Virus record (IMG/VR): IMGVR_UViG_3300037634_005573
Span: 1 to 64,000 of that record
Strand: one strand, 5' to 3'
DNA length: 64,000 nt
From: a virus
Lineage: Duplodnaviria > Caudoviricetes
The first letter of the stretch is position 1; each line of letters begins with the position of its first letter. A model generated the notes under the pieces. The model was not told where the DNA came from and ran no database searches. It saw nothing but the letters and a program-made list of their open reading frames with translations. Positions 37,602 through 48,349 of this stretch are shown here, piece after piece. Made by a program: the position numbers and the translations under genes.

Positions 37602-39406
37602 TACTCAATAACCCCCTTAATATCGAGATCTTTATATTTAACTTCCATACAGACATTTCTTGGCACAACAACCATTGTGCCGTCAGCGGACAGAGCAGCA
37701 TCAAAATCATATGAACTAGATGAATAGTTGGTCCCGTTTTTGGGAATTATCTTGACTTTCTTGGTGTCGATGATTCCTTTCACCATTTTATTTAAAACGC
37801 TGTAAATCTCCGACAGAGAAACCGATTGTCCGAAATCCCCAGGATTTTGAAAATGCTCTGCCAACTTTGATTTGGCTTCCGCCAGAACTAACTGCGGATC
37901 GTATCTCTTGTCATATACGCAGGTAAATTCAATACCGAAATTAACAATTTTGCCATCTAATATATCGATAGTGTCGTGCATCATTTTATATCTATTGAGC
38001 CAGTTTTTAAGGTTATCTTTGAGGGTGTCTGTTCCAACCACCAGTTTCCTACTCCTGTCTTCAGATAAAACATACAGGTTGATATTTCTTTTAAAAGAGT
38101 TAGTGTCTTTGTAGGCCGCGGCCCTCTTAATTGCCCCAAACTTGGTTGGCATACCATAAGATATTGACTGCAAGTCGTTCTGTGTGACGGCGCGGTTTTG
38201 GGTTGCAAAGTGATTATAAGCTCGATTTCTAATCTCATCAGTTGAGGGCAAAGTTATTTGGCCGACGATGGAATCCTCATTGTATATCTCTAGAGAATTA
38301 TTGACTTCCCTGACTTTACTAGAATCTAATAAGCTCTCTCCCTCATACGAGAATTTCGCGGTCGTCACACCAGTTAAAGCGCCGACGGCTATATTTACAG
38401 AGTTGGAGTCATTGTATCGATATTTTATTGTTAAAACTGTGTCTGCCGGAGAAATACCTAATTTATCAGAGTTTAATAATTTGGAAGGATCAAAATTCTG
38501 TTCTGTCTCGTAAGTTTTACCATATCGCTGAATGAATAGAGAATCTGGCTGTGCAAACCCTGCTGTGATTAATTCTGTTTCGCCTCCAAACCCAAACTGT
38601 AAGTGGGTCGAGCCCTTCTCGCTTGTCGTGACAAATCTTCTTGGCACCACATACGGGCGCAATATGGAAGGCACTTGCGCTTTATCGGATGATCGATTTT
38701 CGATCTCCTTGTATACAACGTTGTGAGACAAGTATTCTACTTCGAAATATTCCTTCCCTTCAGAGTCCAACACTTCTAGAATTTCTACTATGTTTTTACC
38801 CCTTAGTTTGAGCTTCTTGAACTTTTCAAAAGGGCCGGCTGGTATAAATTCAGTATTAAACTTGCCAGAGATTACTTTTCCGTAGTTTTTTAACGCGTAG
38901 AACGTTGGCTGGCCGGTGGTGTCATTAAATTTGGCGGCGACCTGTTCTGTATCGGCTGTGTCAAATCTAACATCATCTATCAAGGTGAAAGACGCTCCAC
39001 TGGTGCTCACAAAAGTTGAGCCGGCCTTCAAGACTGGGATGTAGCTCTTGTCCGGACCGAAGGAGGCCGCGGCGGAAGATGGGACCAGGACAAAGAACGC
39101 GGAGATGCCGACCGAACTTGCTGATCCTTGGAACTTGAATCCCATCTGTTCTGCTAGTTTGCGAACATTCTTATACTCCACTGCGGTCTGGATGAAAGAC
39201 TCGTTAGCCTGATAGTCGACGTAGAATGACAAAATATCACCAAAGTAGGCTACAGAATCTAACATAAAAGAACCAAACGAAGCTTCGTTGAAGTCTTTGT
39301 ATGAGTCCGGATAATACCTTTTGGCGAACTGTATCAAATCGCTCTTAATGGAGCTAAAGTCTCTGCTCGTGTATTTTATTAGTGGCTTCTTTTCTTTCTT
39401 GGACAT
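37601..39406 (-). CDS. Baseplate wedge subunit, T4 gp6-like
   Basis: YTSRDFSSIKSDL...YKDFNEASFGSFMLDSVAYFGDILSFYVDYQANESFIQTA; TQNRAVTQND; ATG at 39406 (the track uses TTG at 39409). Confidence 0.88.
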   Translation of the reverse strand: MSKKEKKPLIKYTSRDFSSIKSDLIQFAKRYYPDSYKDFNEASFGSFMLDSVAYFGDILSFYVDYQANESFIQTAVEYKNVRKLAEQMGFKFQGSASSVGISAFFVLVPSSAAASFGPDKSYIPVLKAGSTFVSTSGASFTLIDDVRFDTADTEQVAAKFNDTTGQPTFYALKNYGKVISGKFNTEFIPAGPFEKFKKLKLRGKNIVEILEVLDSEGKEYFEVEYLSHNVVYKEIENRSSDKAQVPSILRPYVVPRRFVTTSEKGSTHLQFGFGGETELITAGFAQPDSLFIQRYGKTYETEQNFDPSKLLNSDKLGISPADTVLTIKYRYNDSNSVNIAVGALTGVTTAKFSYEGESLLDSSKVREVNNSLEIYNEDSIVGQITLPSTDEIRNRAYNHFATQNRAVTQNDLQSISYGMPTKFGAIKRAAAYKDTNSFKRNINLYVLSEDRSRKLVVGTDTLKDNLKNWLNRYKMMHDTIDILDGKIVNFGIEFTCVYDKRYDPQLVLAEAKSKLAEHFQNPGDFGQSVSLSEIYSVLNKMVKGIIDTKKVKIIPKNGTNYSSSSYDFDAALSADGTMVVVPRNVCMEVKYKDLDIKGVIE

Positions 39407-39421
39407 CAAGTTCCCTCTATC

Positions 39422-39430
39422 TAATTAGTT
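39422..39430 (-). promoter_or_regulatory. Candidate late-promoter motif AACTAATTA
   Basis: Intergenic, about 15 nt upstream of the gp6-like ATG. Confidence 0.55.
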
Positions 39431-39443
39431 CTATTCACTCAGA

Positions 39444-39815
39444 TCATCTAGCAATTAGTTTAAGAATTTGCCGTCGTGATCCGGGAGCGGAATATTGTAA
39501 TTTTATACCCAGCATGCTGCTATCGGCGGCGGCAATCATTTCTATGGCGATGACTCGCACAAATGGCATATAAGTTGTTATTTGTTTTAAAATTCTATTC
39601 TGCAATTTGTCTTTCACCACTTCGGTTAGTGGCTCAAACAAATATCGCCTCAATCCGACACCAAAATTCAGATCCATTATCCGCTCACCAGGAGCAGTAT
39701 AGAGCAGAGTCTTTAGGTTCTGTGCTACAGATTGTTTTAAATTTTGGTTCAATGTGAATGTTCCGTCACGAGGAGAAACAGTGAGTGGTAGTTTAACTGA
39801 TATTCCTGATGGCAT
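39444..39815 (-). CDS. Baseplate wedge subunit, T4 gp25-like (sheath initiator)
   Basis: QNLKTLLYTAPGERIMDLNFGVGLRRYLFEP. Confidence 0.92.
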   Translation of the reverse strand: MPSGISVKLPLTVSPRDGTFTLNQNLKQSVAQNLKTLLYTAPGERIMDLNFGVGLRRYLFEPLTEVVKDKLQNRILKQITTYMPFVRVIAIEMIAAADSSMLGIKLQYSAPGSRRQILKLIAR

Positions 39816-39832
39816 TTCTCTGCCTCCGTTAG

Positions 39833-39840
39833 TAAATAGT
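39833..39840 (-). promoter_or_regulatory. Candidate late-promoter motif ACTATTTA
   Basis: Intergenic, 17 nt upstream of the gp25-like ATG. Confidence 0.55.
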
Positions 39841-39842
39841 CT

Positions 39843-42800
39843 CTAGTCTTCTTCTGCTTCATCAAAAGCGTTACCAAGTGCATTTGTTGGATCTTTTATA
39901 AAGTGTTTTTTAGTAGTGGGGGGTAAGCTATCGATAAGGACATCGAGAGCTTCCTTCATCTCGGAATCGTTAGGCTCTTCGTTGTATGTTTCGTGAAAGG
40001 CCTTCACATCTTTAGCGTAACCGAGAGCAATCTCCTGCCAGATCTGGGGCGTTATTGGATCTTTACCACCAGAAATACTTGTTGCAGATTGCGATGAAAT
40101 TTGTTCGGTGAGGTTCTTCTTGGAGTCGAATTCATCATCGTCTCCTTTTTCGTTTGGAGAGAATGACATATATGTTCTAGAAAAGAGTTTTCTTATATTT
40201 TTTCGAGTATTTTCGAAGATATTTGTGTAATCATAATTATCAAAACCAGAATTCTTAGCCATCAGTGTCGAGGCCTTCTGCCAATCGTGCACGGAGCCGA
40301 TAGAGTGCATAAACCCTTTTGAGCAATAGATCGCGCTAAGAGACATAAAATATCGCAATGGGATACAATAATCGAAGAATACTTTGTATTCCTTGCTACA
40401 GACCATACGATCCATCAATTCTTGTATGTATGCTCTTTCTAGTGGTAGGCGGTATTCGTCAGTATCTTCAAATGAGGCCAGGGTCGCTAAAGTATACTTC
40501 GGGCCTAATTCCATTTCTTCGACAAACAGAGGTATTGAATGGTTGTGCATTTTATTGAAGCTCTTTTCCTTCGCCAGCTTAATTTGAGTTTCTGTATCGG
40601 GAGTGAGAGCATTTCCCCAAATATCTGATCCGCGGCGGAGCAAAGGAGACAAACTGTCATCTTGTCCAAAATTATCTGTATTTCTGGGGAGTAGAATATT
40701 CAGTCTTAACCCAAATTCGATGCTTTCGAACAGCTTGTCTAAAGAAGTAACCTTCTCGACGGGAGACATATTGTTGAAAAACCCGATAGAATTCAAATAA
40801 TAACTTAAGTTGTTCAAGCCTACTGGGCCGGTGAAAATGGTTTCTTCGAAACCAGGCTGTATATTGTCGGCGCCTACATTATCCCCGATATTGTCATATA
40901 AAGCTTCATTAAGTCTTCTTACCAGTTGAGGATTTGCAGAATCGTTAGGGTTTTTATAGGGCTTTAATCTCAAATATTTTTCAACCCTAAAAGGTATGGT
41001 ATTTTGGGTATAGATATTTTGGTCGCCGGCATTGAAGTTCTTTAGTTTTGCCAGTCTGTCGGGCTGTAGAGTATAGTTCAAATCATCAGACACATACGAT
41101 TTCTGATTGTCGTTATCCATAATGAAATCTGTTCCGGATTCTGCCGATTGGTTAAGCGAATTCGCCAGTGCAGCGAAAGGAGAAGAAGCGAGATCGCCGC
41201 CGGTGAAAGCCCATGGGGAAATTGCAGCGGGCTCTTTGGGGCCAGAGTTTATGATGTTGTCAAACGAAGTTAAGATAAATCCGTTAAGATTATAATCACT
41301 GTTGGATGGCTCATCTTCATCATAAACTGAGGCTAGAAATGCTGGACTCTTTTTGAACACATTGTTTTCCGCCAATGTGACAGAGGCCTGAATTGTTGGA
41401 CCTCCCGTCAGGGGAGTATAGAGAATGTTATTCAGCCTCCCCAAGTTAACATTTAAAACCGAGAATTGATCGGTCATTTTTACGAGTTCTTCTTTGAATC
41501 TTCCCTTTAGAAGTTCAAGGCAGATATCTTCCGAATCGGATATGATTCTGTTCCAGTATATATCTCGCAGTTCTATCTGCCTCTTTCGATCCTCTTTTGC
41601 TTTCGCCATGGCAATTGCCACTTCGGCGCCGCGCTTACCCGACTTTATCGCCGCCTTAAGAACACCGGCCGGATAGTTTGGGGTTTCTAGTTCAGAAAGT
41701 TTGGCATATGCATTAAAGTATTCTGACTCGGCAGGGCTAATATTGTTCGACGGAACACCATATCTCCATATATTGGCCTTTCGAAGGATTTGATCTAAAA
41801 GATCCTCCTCTTTCTGGCTATATGTTTCTATCTTTTGTTCGCGTTTTTTAAGCATCAACGTTGCATTAATTTCTAAGAATCTATACATAAATTCTTTTGT
41901 TTTATCCTTACCTTGATACTTAACACCAGCCTTGATAAGCTCCTGCTTCAGGCGAGCGGCAAGAAATTGAGAAAACACACTATCGAACACCGAGTTGTTA
42001 TACTCAATTGTATTTAAAAGCGGAAAGGCCTTAACGTAGTATTCGTAAGTTATTGTTCGGATGAAAGAACTGATCAACCCGTTCATCGTGGCCATTGAGT
42101 TTTTGGAGACGATAAGATCGAATGGAGCCTGGTTTGTGAGGTCTTCAGCAGTTCTCATCTCATCTTTTAACTTTGAGGATAATTCAGCAGACTCTTTAGC
42201 TATGTTGACAAAATCAGGTGCAGATGTCTTTTGCGGCGAAAATTGACTGTCGGCATCCAGAACGGAAATATTATATAAATCAACCCAGTTATCATTAAGT
42301 TTATTATAGAAATATACCACTGGAGCGTCTTCTGTGCCGCCGAAATCTTCCGGAGTGACCGGTGAGGGTTTGCTGGTTACAGAGTTGATGTGTTCTGAAT
42401 TTAACAAATTCATTTGCCTGTTGGTCTTGCCATACAAAAAGTTCTTGTCATTCAATACTGGTATGCCGATGATGCCGTCCAAAAATGCATTATAGACTAT
42501 GTTAAATGAAGATCTTCTTATCACCCTCATAAAATAGTCGTCTAGTAAGTCAGGCGAAATTCCCAAATTGCTAACCATAGAATTCAATATAGTCTCAGTA
42601 AACACGCTAGCGCGGTGGGATTGAAACGGAGTGTTATATGTTGTTGTAGTGATGGAATCTATAGTTGGAAAATCTGTTGTGACATCTTCAAGAATATCAA
42701 CCAGATAATCATCCAGATCTTTTATATATTCCTCGGCTGTGAAAATTTTAGATATCGATGCATACTCATCTTCTGCAATCGGATAAGAAGTAAGATCGGT

Positions 42801-45800
42801 TTGTGAGGGATTAAAGACTAGAGGATTGTAATCAATAACTTTTGTATTTATCTGGTGGATAAGGCCGTATGGTTCATAGGGCATTATCTTGAAATTATAT
42901 ACCCGCGGGCGTTGTTCCGGAAGGATCGAGAATTCAGTTACGTGATTTGGGACACCATAGAACGAAAGAGTTCTTAAGCCGGAATTGTGATTTGAGAAGA
43001 AGGTCTCGTAGTCTATAGACCCGGCGGTGAAATTAGCTAATTTTTCATATTCTTCTCTGTGGTTTCCGACGGAATTAAAAGCGGAGTTCAGATAAAGAGG
43101 GACCAATTGCGCTTTGTTTTCTCCAGAGGAAGCCCAATAGGAGGCGTTTAACCTCAACCAAGTAGCCAATCTGGTCGAAGGTGGTGAATCGCCACCGGTG
43201 GAGACGGAGACCCCAAATGAGTTAACGTGTGCCTGCAACGACTTATAGCTGGGGTATTGTATACCGTTCTTGTTGGATAATATGGTATTAATCAGGCCTC
43301 TTCCGCCAACATTTTCAATCATATGAGAAGCCTGTATAGAGTTGAAGATCGACTCGAACAGCGGGGTTAAAGAACCGGCCACGATCTCCGCCAGGCCTGG
43401 TACAAGACTCTTTGTGCCACAACCGGCGCCAGAGTCGGTTTCAAGAAGGTTGGTGAAAGGATTCGGGCCACCAATCAGTGACATTAGTTCTTCCGCCTTG
43501 CATTCTGCAATATCGGATAATAAGTCTAGCTGCTCCTCACATTCTGCCTTATCCAGACCCTTCATCTTCAACAAATTACACCTTAGTTCCGCATATAATT
43601 TGTAATCTTCGGGAGTAGAACAGAAAGCAGTATTGACCGGTATATTGTCATCCGAAATTACATTGAGACAAGAGGGGTCAATAAATTTACCCATACTCTG
43701 AAAATATCTTGCAATATCTTCTGAATTCGATGAAATTCCAGAATCCGAAAATTGAACCTCTAATATGTTCTTGACCATCAGCGTGGTGTCCGGTGTTGCT
43801 TTTCCTTTCAATAAATTACATAGCTCTCTCTGGGTTAGAACGCTGGCTATTATGTTTATAAACCTGTCGAGATCTTCTGTATTCACGCCGTCTGTTAGGC
43901 CTATCTTATCTGAGATCTCATTTAGAGCCTCGAAGGCCTCATTCGGTGTTAAATTTTGATTAGCAGGAAGAGCCTTGCTCATCTCGTCTACTATCGACGC
44001 GGCAAAGTTGTTACCTTGGTGGAGGCCGGCGGCCTTCTCTATCGAAGCTGCAATCTTAGAACAATTTTCATCCGAGGTTAGTTGATTAACTTGGCTTAAT
44101 ATTGACTTTAGAATCGAAGTCATGGCTTCGTGGAAAAGAGAAAGAACCACAACCGGAATCATCGCAACCATGGTTGCTTTTGGATCCGGGATGGCAGCCG
44201 TGGCGGGCATTTCTGGCATCGATATTCTACTATATCCTCCAAAATCTTTAAGATTCTTTGTTAAATCTTTGTGCTTGCTGAATATATCTGGGCTGGGCAG
44301 TTCGCAATTCTGGAAAGCCGAAAACATTTCCAGAGTGTCTGTCGCAGGAGATATCATCATATTATATGTTTCCATTATCTGCGGAGGCAAATCATCGACT
44401 CCGATATCCCCCATCAGGCTTTGTATTTCTTCAGAATTAATCTGTATATCCGAGCTTCCTATTTTATTTCCTTCTATGAACTCCGACATCAAGCATAAAT
44501 GTTCCTTCATCCTAGATACATCAGATTGTTCGATGTCAGCTAGCAATTCTTCGAACTTAACAATATTTGTAAAGTCGGTGGTGGGATCCCCATTATCATG
44601 GATAAAATCTAGATAAAGCTGCTGGGCTTTAGAGGAGCAGATGAAGAACTTACTTTTTAGTATAATATTGAGTATCTTGGAGGCCAAAGCAAGGTCCTTG
44701 GTCAAATCTATACCTTTTTCTTGGCCGGCCTCTAATGACATAAGCACCAATTTGATTATGAGCTTGGGTTCAAGTGAGGCTAATTGCTGCTTGAAGTTAA
44801 GTTCCTTAAGCTTCTCTACCGGAATGGCGCGGGCGACGAGGGCTAAACTCAATAAAGAACTAAACTTAATAAAATTAAGTCCCAGAGGATTTAACATATC
44901 TGTTGTGAAAGAATCCCCCATCGATGGCGCGGTGGTTTTCATAAACGTGCCGTTCATTCCGCCGGATACTTTATCTCCGACATCGAATCGTGTCTCCGAG
45001 CTTAGTTGAATCCTTTGTCTCATCTCCTCTATGTCATTCATCTGTGCGTCTTCTACTAGCTTTTCTTGGACGGTTTTAAATGTATTTTGATTATATTTGT
45101 TCGCGAACAAGTTGAGACCTTCTTTCGCAGCATTTATGCCGCCTTTTATGTCGCCAACAATTCCATCGACTACCTCTTTGGAGATGTTCTGGGCCATACT
45201 CAAGCCGTGGACTTTGAACAAATCCTCTTCGTCGCTGATCTCAAAAGATGGCCGAGGAGCCCGGAATGTTTCATAAAATTTGCTCCAGGAGATCACATTA
45301 ATCACATCTATTATTTTGTCTAAATTGAACAAGTAATTTACAGAAGTCAAATCATCAAATGGCTCATTAGATTTGAGTCCGCCGAGGTCATCGCCATCTG
45401 CCACCCAAATCAAGGGAGTCGTAAATCTAAAAGGTATGGAAATCTCGATTTTTAATAGGTCTGGAGGGTCGACCGGCGGAGATGGCGTCTCTGCAAAAGT
45501 AAATCTTATTATTGCGTCCAGGCTATCGTTTAAAGACAAGCCATTTCTCTCAAAAAGTCTATAAAACAACAACTTAAAGAGTCTAAACTTTTTGATCTCG
45601 ACGAGGAGATCGAAAGTATCTTGGAGGTTAGCCTTTTGTGGGCCGGGAGAAACGAATTTCCATAAACTATACTCGTTATTGAATTTTTCCATTTTAAGTG
45701 TGATTGTATCTAAAACATCTATAAGCTCTGAAACTTTTAGAGAAAAAGTTTTGTCACCTGATGACTGGCAATAAGGGGTTTCCTCATCAGATGCAATTTG

Positions 45801-47312
45801 CGAGAGGTTGGGTAGCCGCGGTGGCAGGGCGGGGACTTCTGATAGCTCCGATGAACTTGGAGGGGCAAGTGTGTTGGCGGCAGCATCTTCTGAAGACAGG
45901 CTGAACAATATCTTCGATGGCTTGAAGTCTCTCGGCTCATAATATACATCTTCAAGATTTATGATATGTTGTGGTTCGGCGACGTTAAAATCGATATTGA
46001 GCCCAAAATAATCATTCAATATTTGCAGAGCATCTGGCTTATATGAATCCAGATTTTGTTTAAAAGCTGCAAAATCCTGAACCACAACGTCATAACTTAC
46101 AAAGTATTTCTTGGCTTTTTCATCGTAATATGGACCGGTCCTATCGGCCAAGGTCCAATCAATACAAAATTCTTTTGCCGGGGGAGGCTCTGGCTCTGAG
46201 ATTTCTGACTGTTGTTCTAAATCTTCGGGGCAAACAAAAGTTTCATAGATTGTTTTGTCTTCTGCATCCGGAGACACTTCGGCAGATGGTATAGTCTCTC
46301 CTTCGGATATTTCATGTTCGCTTTCTGGGTGGGCGCGTGGAGCGAGATTTTCACCGATGAGGCTTTCTACTAAATCAAAATCAAAATGTACTATAGAATC
46401 CCACATGTCGGCCATGATGTCAAACTGAAGTTTGGCATCTCCGGTACCGGAGATGCCAACAGTGAGATCTCTGAGGAACTCGGACATCCAGAACTGATCT
46501 TCGCGATAGAGTTCGTGTAGTCGTCGGCCGTCGGCGGCCTCATTCCAAAAATAATCTAAAAGTTCTTTGTATTTTTCTACGTTAGATGCCAAAGCATAAA
46601 GCAAAACTTCGCGGTCGGATTTAGTAATCGGCCGAATATAACCGCGAGGATTGTCTCCAAAAATTTCTTCGCACCCATAAAGAAGGGCGCCTTTGAAATT
46701 ATCAAGCTCATAGGACATTACGTCTTTTTCAATCTTAAGTAGATCTTCCGTAATCATGCTGTAAGTATCTTTTGTCAGCAATTCAATAGCGGCGCCGGTG
46801 TTGCCTATCAACGGATCTGAATTATAATAGCCATAAGTTATATCAGCTAAGAGGACGTCTAAGTTATGACTAAATTGATTTGCGCTGCTAAGTTCAAGTC
46901 CCCACTTAGTGCCGAGTTCTGTGGCGGGATGAACTCCTCGGAGTATTGGCATTTGCAAATATGTGGCCGATGATGGCGTCACCGTAACTAATTCGATAGA
47001 CTGTGGGTTCTTGATATTCTCCATCGATATTACGAAGGGATCCCAGTCTGCTTCGGGATCCCAATCAGCGCTTCCTAGAGCTAGGTGCTTCCCATGTATT
47101 ACCTCAAAATATTTATTATTCAAAGCTAAGGCGAATTCGGCATTTCGCCAAATATAAGTCATCGCAAGAACATATTTTTCATTAAGATCTGGCACAATGC
47201 CGACGCGACTACTAGGATCAACAGCGACATGGTACGCGACATCCTCGAAATCAGCCGAGGTTTTGTATATGCATTTTTGTGGTGGTGGCGCAGAGCCGGG
47301 AGATTGCGCCAT
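39843..47312 (-). CDS. 2489-aa hypothetical protein in the baseplate module
   Basis: Uninterrupted ORF, acidic and largely helical-looking; no motif recognised. Confidence 0.75.
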   Translation of the reverse strand: MAQSPGSAPPPQKCIYKTSADFEDVAYHVAVDPSSRVGIVPDLNEKYVLAMTYIWRNAEFALALNNKYFEVIHGKHLALGSADWDPEADWDPFVISMENIKNPQSIELVTVTPSSATYLQMPILRGVHPATELGTKWGLELSSANQFSHNLDVLLADITYGYYNSDPLIGNTGAAIELLTKDTYSMITEDLLKIEKDVMSYELDNFKGALLYGCEEIFGDNPRGYIRPITKSDREVLLYALASNVEKYKELLDYFWNEAADGRRLHELYREDQFWMSEFLRDLTVGISGTGDAKLQFDIMADMWDSIVHFDFDLVESLIGENLAPRAHPESEHEISEGETIPSAEVSPDAEDKTIYETFVCPEDLEQQSEISEPEPPPAKEFCIDWTLADRTGPYYDEKAKKYFVSYDVVVQDFAAFKQNLDSYKPDALQILNDYFGLNIDFNVAEPQHIINLEDVYYEPRDFKPSKILFSLSSEDAAANTLAPPSSSELSEVPALPPRLPNLSQIASDEETPYCQSSGDKTFSLKVSELIDVLDTITLKMEKFNNEYSLWKFVSPGPQKANLQDTFDLLVEIKKFRLFKLLFYRLFERNGLSLNDSLDAIIRFTFAETPSPPVDPPDLLKIEISIPFRFTTPLIWVADGDDLGGLKSNEPFDDLTSVNYLFNLDKIIDVINVISWSKFYETFRAPRPSFEISDEEDLFKVHGLSMAQNISKEVVDGIVGDIKGGINAAKEGLNLFANKYNQNTFKTVQEKLVEDAQMNDIEEMRQRIQLSSETRFDVGDKVSGGMNGTFMKTTAPSMGDSFTTDMLNPLGLNFIKFSSLLSLALVARAIPVEKLKELNFKQQLASLEPKLIIKLVLMSLEAGQEKGIDLTKDLALASKILNIILKSKFFICSSKAQQLYLDFIHDNGDPTTDFTNIVKFEELLADIEQSDVSRMKEHLCLMSEFIEGNKIGSSDIQINSEEIQSLMGDIGVDDLPPQIMETYNMMISPATDTLEMFSAFQNCELPSPDIFSKHKDLTKNLKDFGGYSRISMPEMPATAAIPDPKATMVAMIPVVVLSLFHEAMTSILKSILSQVNQLTSDENCSKIAASIEKAAGLHQGNNFAASIVDEMSKALPANQNLTPNEAFEALNEISDKIGLTDGVNTEDLDRFINIIASVLTQRELCNLLKGKATPDTTLMVKNILEVQFSDSGISSNSEDIARYFQSMGKFIDPSCLNVISDDNIPVNTAFCSTPEDYKLYAELRCNLLKMKGLDKAECEEQLDLLSDIAECKAEELMSLIGGPNPFTNLLETDSGAGCGTKSLVPGLAEIVAGSLTPLFESIFNSIQASHMIENVGGRGLINTILSNKNGIQYPSYKSLQAHVNSFGVSVSTGGDSPPSTRLATWLRLNASYWASSGENKAQLVPLYLNSAFNSVGNHREEYEKLANFTAGSIDYETFFSNHNSGLRTLSFYGVPNHVTEFSILPEQRPRVYNFKIMPYEPYGLIHQINTKVIDYNPLVFNPSQTDLTSYPIAEDEYASISKIFTAEEYIKDLDDYLVDILEDVTTDFPTIDSITTTTYNTPFQSHRASVFTETILNSMVSNLGISPDLLDDYFMRVIRRSSFNIVYNAFLDGIIGIPVLNDKNFLYGKTNRQMNLLNSEHINSVTSKPSPVTPEDFGGTEDAPVVYFYNKLNDNWVDLYNISVLDADSQFSPQKTSAPDFVNIAKESAELSSKLKDEMRTAEDLTNQAPFDLIVSKNSMATMNGLISSFIRTITYEYYVKAFPLLNTIEYNNSVFDSVFSQFLAARLKQELIKAGVKYQGKDKTKEFMYRFLEINATLMLKKREQKIETYSQKEEDLLDQILRKANIWRYGVPSNNISPAESEYFNAYAKLSELETPNYPAGVLKAAIKSGKRGAEVAIAMAKAKEDRKRQIELRDIYWNRIISDSEDICLELLKGRFKEELVKMTDQFSVLNVNLGRLNNILYTPLTGGPTIQASVTLAENNVFKKSPAFLASVYDEDEPSNSDYNLNGFILTSFDNIINSGPKEPAAISPWAFTGGDLASSPFAALANSLNQSAESGTDFIMDNDNQKSYVSDDLNYTLQPDRLAKLKNFNAGDQNIYTQNTIPFRVEKYLRLKPYKNPNDSANPQLVRRLNEALYDNIGDNVGADNIQPGFEETIFTGPVGLNNLSYYLNSIGFFNNMSPVEKVTSLDKLFESIEFGLRLNILLPRNTDNFGQDDSLSPLLRRGSDIWGNALTPDTETQIKLAKEKSFNKMHNHSIPLFVEEMELGPKYTLATLASFEDTDEYRLPLERAYIQELMDRMVCSKEYKVFFDYCIPLRYFMSLSAIYCSKGFMHSIGSVHDWQKASTLMAKNSGFDNYDYTNIFENTRKNIRKLFSRTYMSFSPNEKGDDDEFDSKKNLTEQISSQSATSISGGKDPITPQIWQEIALGYAKDVKAFHETYNEEPNDSEMKEALDVLIDSLPPTTKKHFIKDPTNALGNAFDEAEED

Positions 47313-48266
47313 CTAATTCGCCTTATTGTGTGGGCTGCATATATATTTAGAGCCGCTTGAGTCTAAATAATCAAGCTTGAAATCTTCCAAACTTTGTCGA
47401 AAATCGAACATGGAGCTATCTACGTTTGACATCTGATCGGCAGATTTGTTAGCATTTTTACTTAGCAGATTCATGTCTGGTATAATTGTCAGTGGGAACC
47501 CCATATAACCCATTGAGCCGTCGTGAGTATGGCTTTGCGCTGTGCTTTCTAGATCGGTCTGTGCAGAGGCCAAACTATCTAGCATACTCGCAACATCGGC
47601 GACCTTATCTATCAAATTGGTCAAACAATCCACCAGATTATCGCCCAACGGCATAGGCTGCAATTCTGAGTCGTCGTTTCCAGCTATGAGATCAATTCCG
47701 TAATACGAAGTCTGCTCTTGATTGTTCGCATCGGTTTCATCTGAAAACGGGCCGGTGATGATCTTGATATTTTCTTTTCCTATAATTCGAATGCCATCGG
47801 CTTTAAGAGCGATTCCAGATTTAGACTCCTGGATTAGGGTTCCATCTGCTAGTTCAAAATTTTCGTCAATATTGGTTCGTTGGGCTATATAGATTCTTGC
47901 TGCATCAACTTTAAAGTTGTTATCGACATAAGTATCTGCATCTCCTTGACGACCAACTATAAGATCTATGGAGGCGCATTTATTTCCGCCGGAACCGCCG
48001 ATGCCACTCGCCCTGGACGCGGGCCGGTCTCGGCCGAGGACTATCCAAGAGTTGGCTTTTCTAATAACTTTCTCGGATGCTGTGTTAATGAAGTTGGGGA
48101 TATCTTCCACGATCTTAGCGCCGTTCAGCCCGCCAAAAACCGTCCGATCCTCTTGACTGGGGTTTTCTTCTATGATCTTTTGTAGATTTTGGTTTTTCGA
48201 CTTAGTATAGACGTTACTTTCGCCGCCAAATACATTTGGTCCTTCGCTCATTGATTTGTCCTCCAA
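47313..48266 (-). CDS. Putative baseplate central spike protein (gp5C/gpV-like)
   Basis: Repetitive beta-strands (GIALKADGIRIIGKENIKIITG) and C-terminal SHTHDG, an HxH apex motif. Confidence 0.55.
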   Translation of the reverse strand: MEDKSMSEGPNVFGGESNVYTKSKNQNLQKIIEENPSQEDRTVFGGLNGAKIVEDIPNFINTASEKVIRKANSWIVLGRDRPASRASGIGGSGGNKCASIDLIVGRQGDADTYVDNNFKVDAARIYIAQRTNIDENFELADGTLIQESKSGIALKADGIRIIGKENIKIITGPFSDETDANNQEQTSYYGIDLIAGNDDSELQPMPLGDNLVDCLTNLIDKVADVASMLDSLASAQTDLESTAQSHTHDGSMGYMGFPLTIIPDMNLLSKNANKSADQMSNVDSSMFDFRQSLEDFKLDYLDSSGSKYICSPHNKAN

Positions 48267-48349
48267 TTCTTTGTTGTTTATTCATTAAGAAATATTTAAT
48301 TTGCAGATTCAGCCGCGGGATCCCAGACGGTTGAAGACCCTGGCATGGA

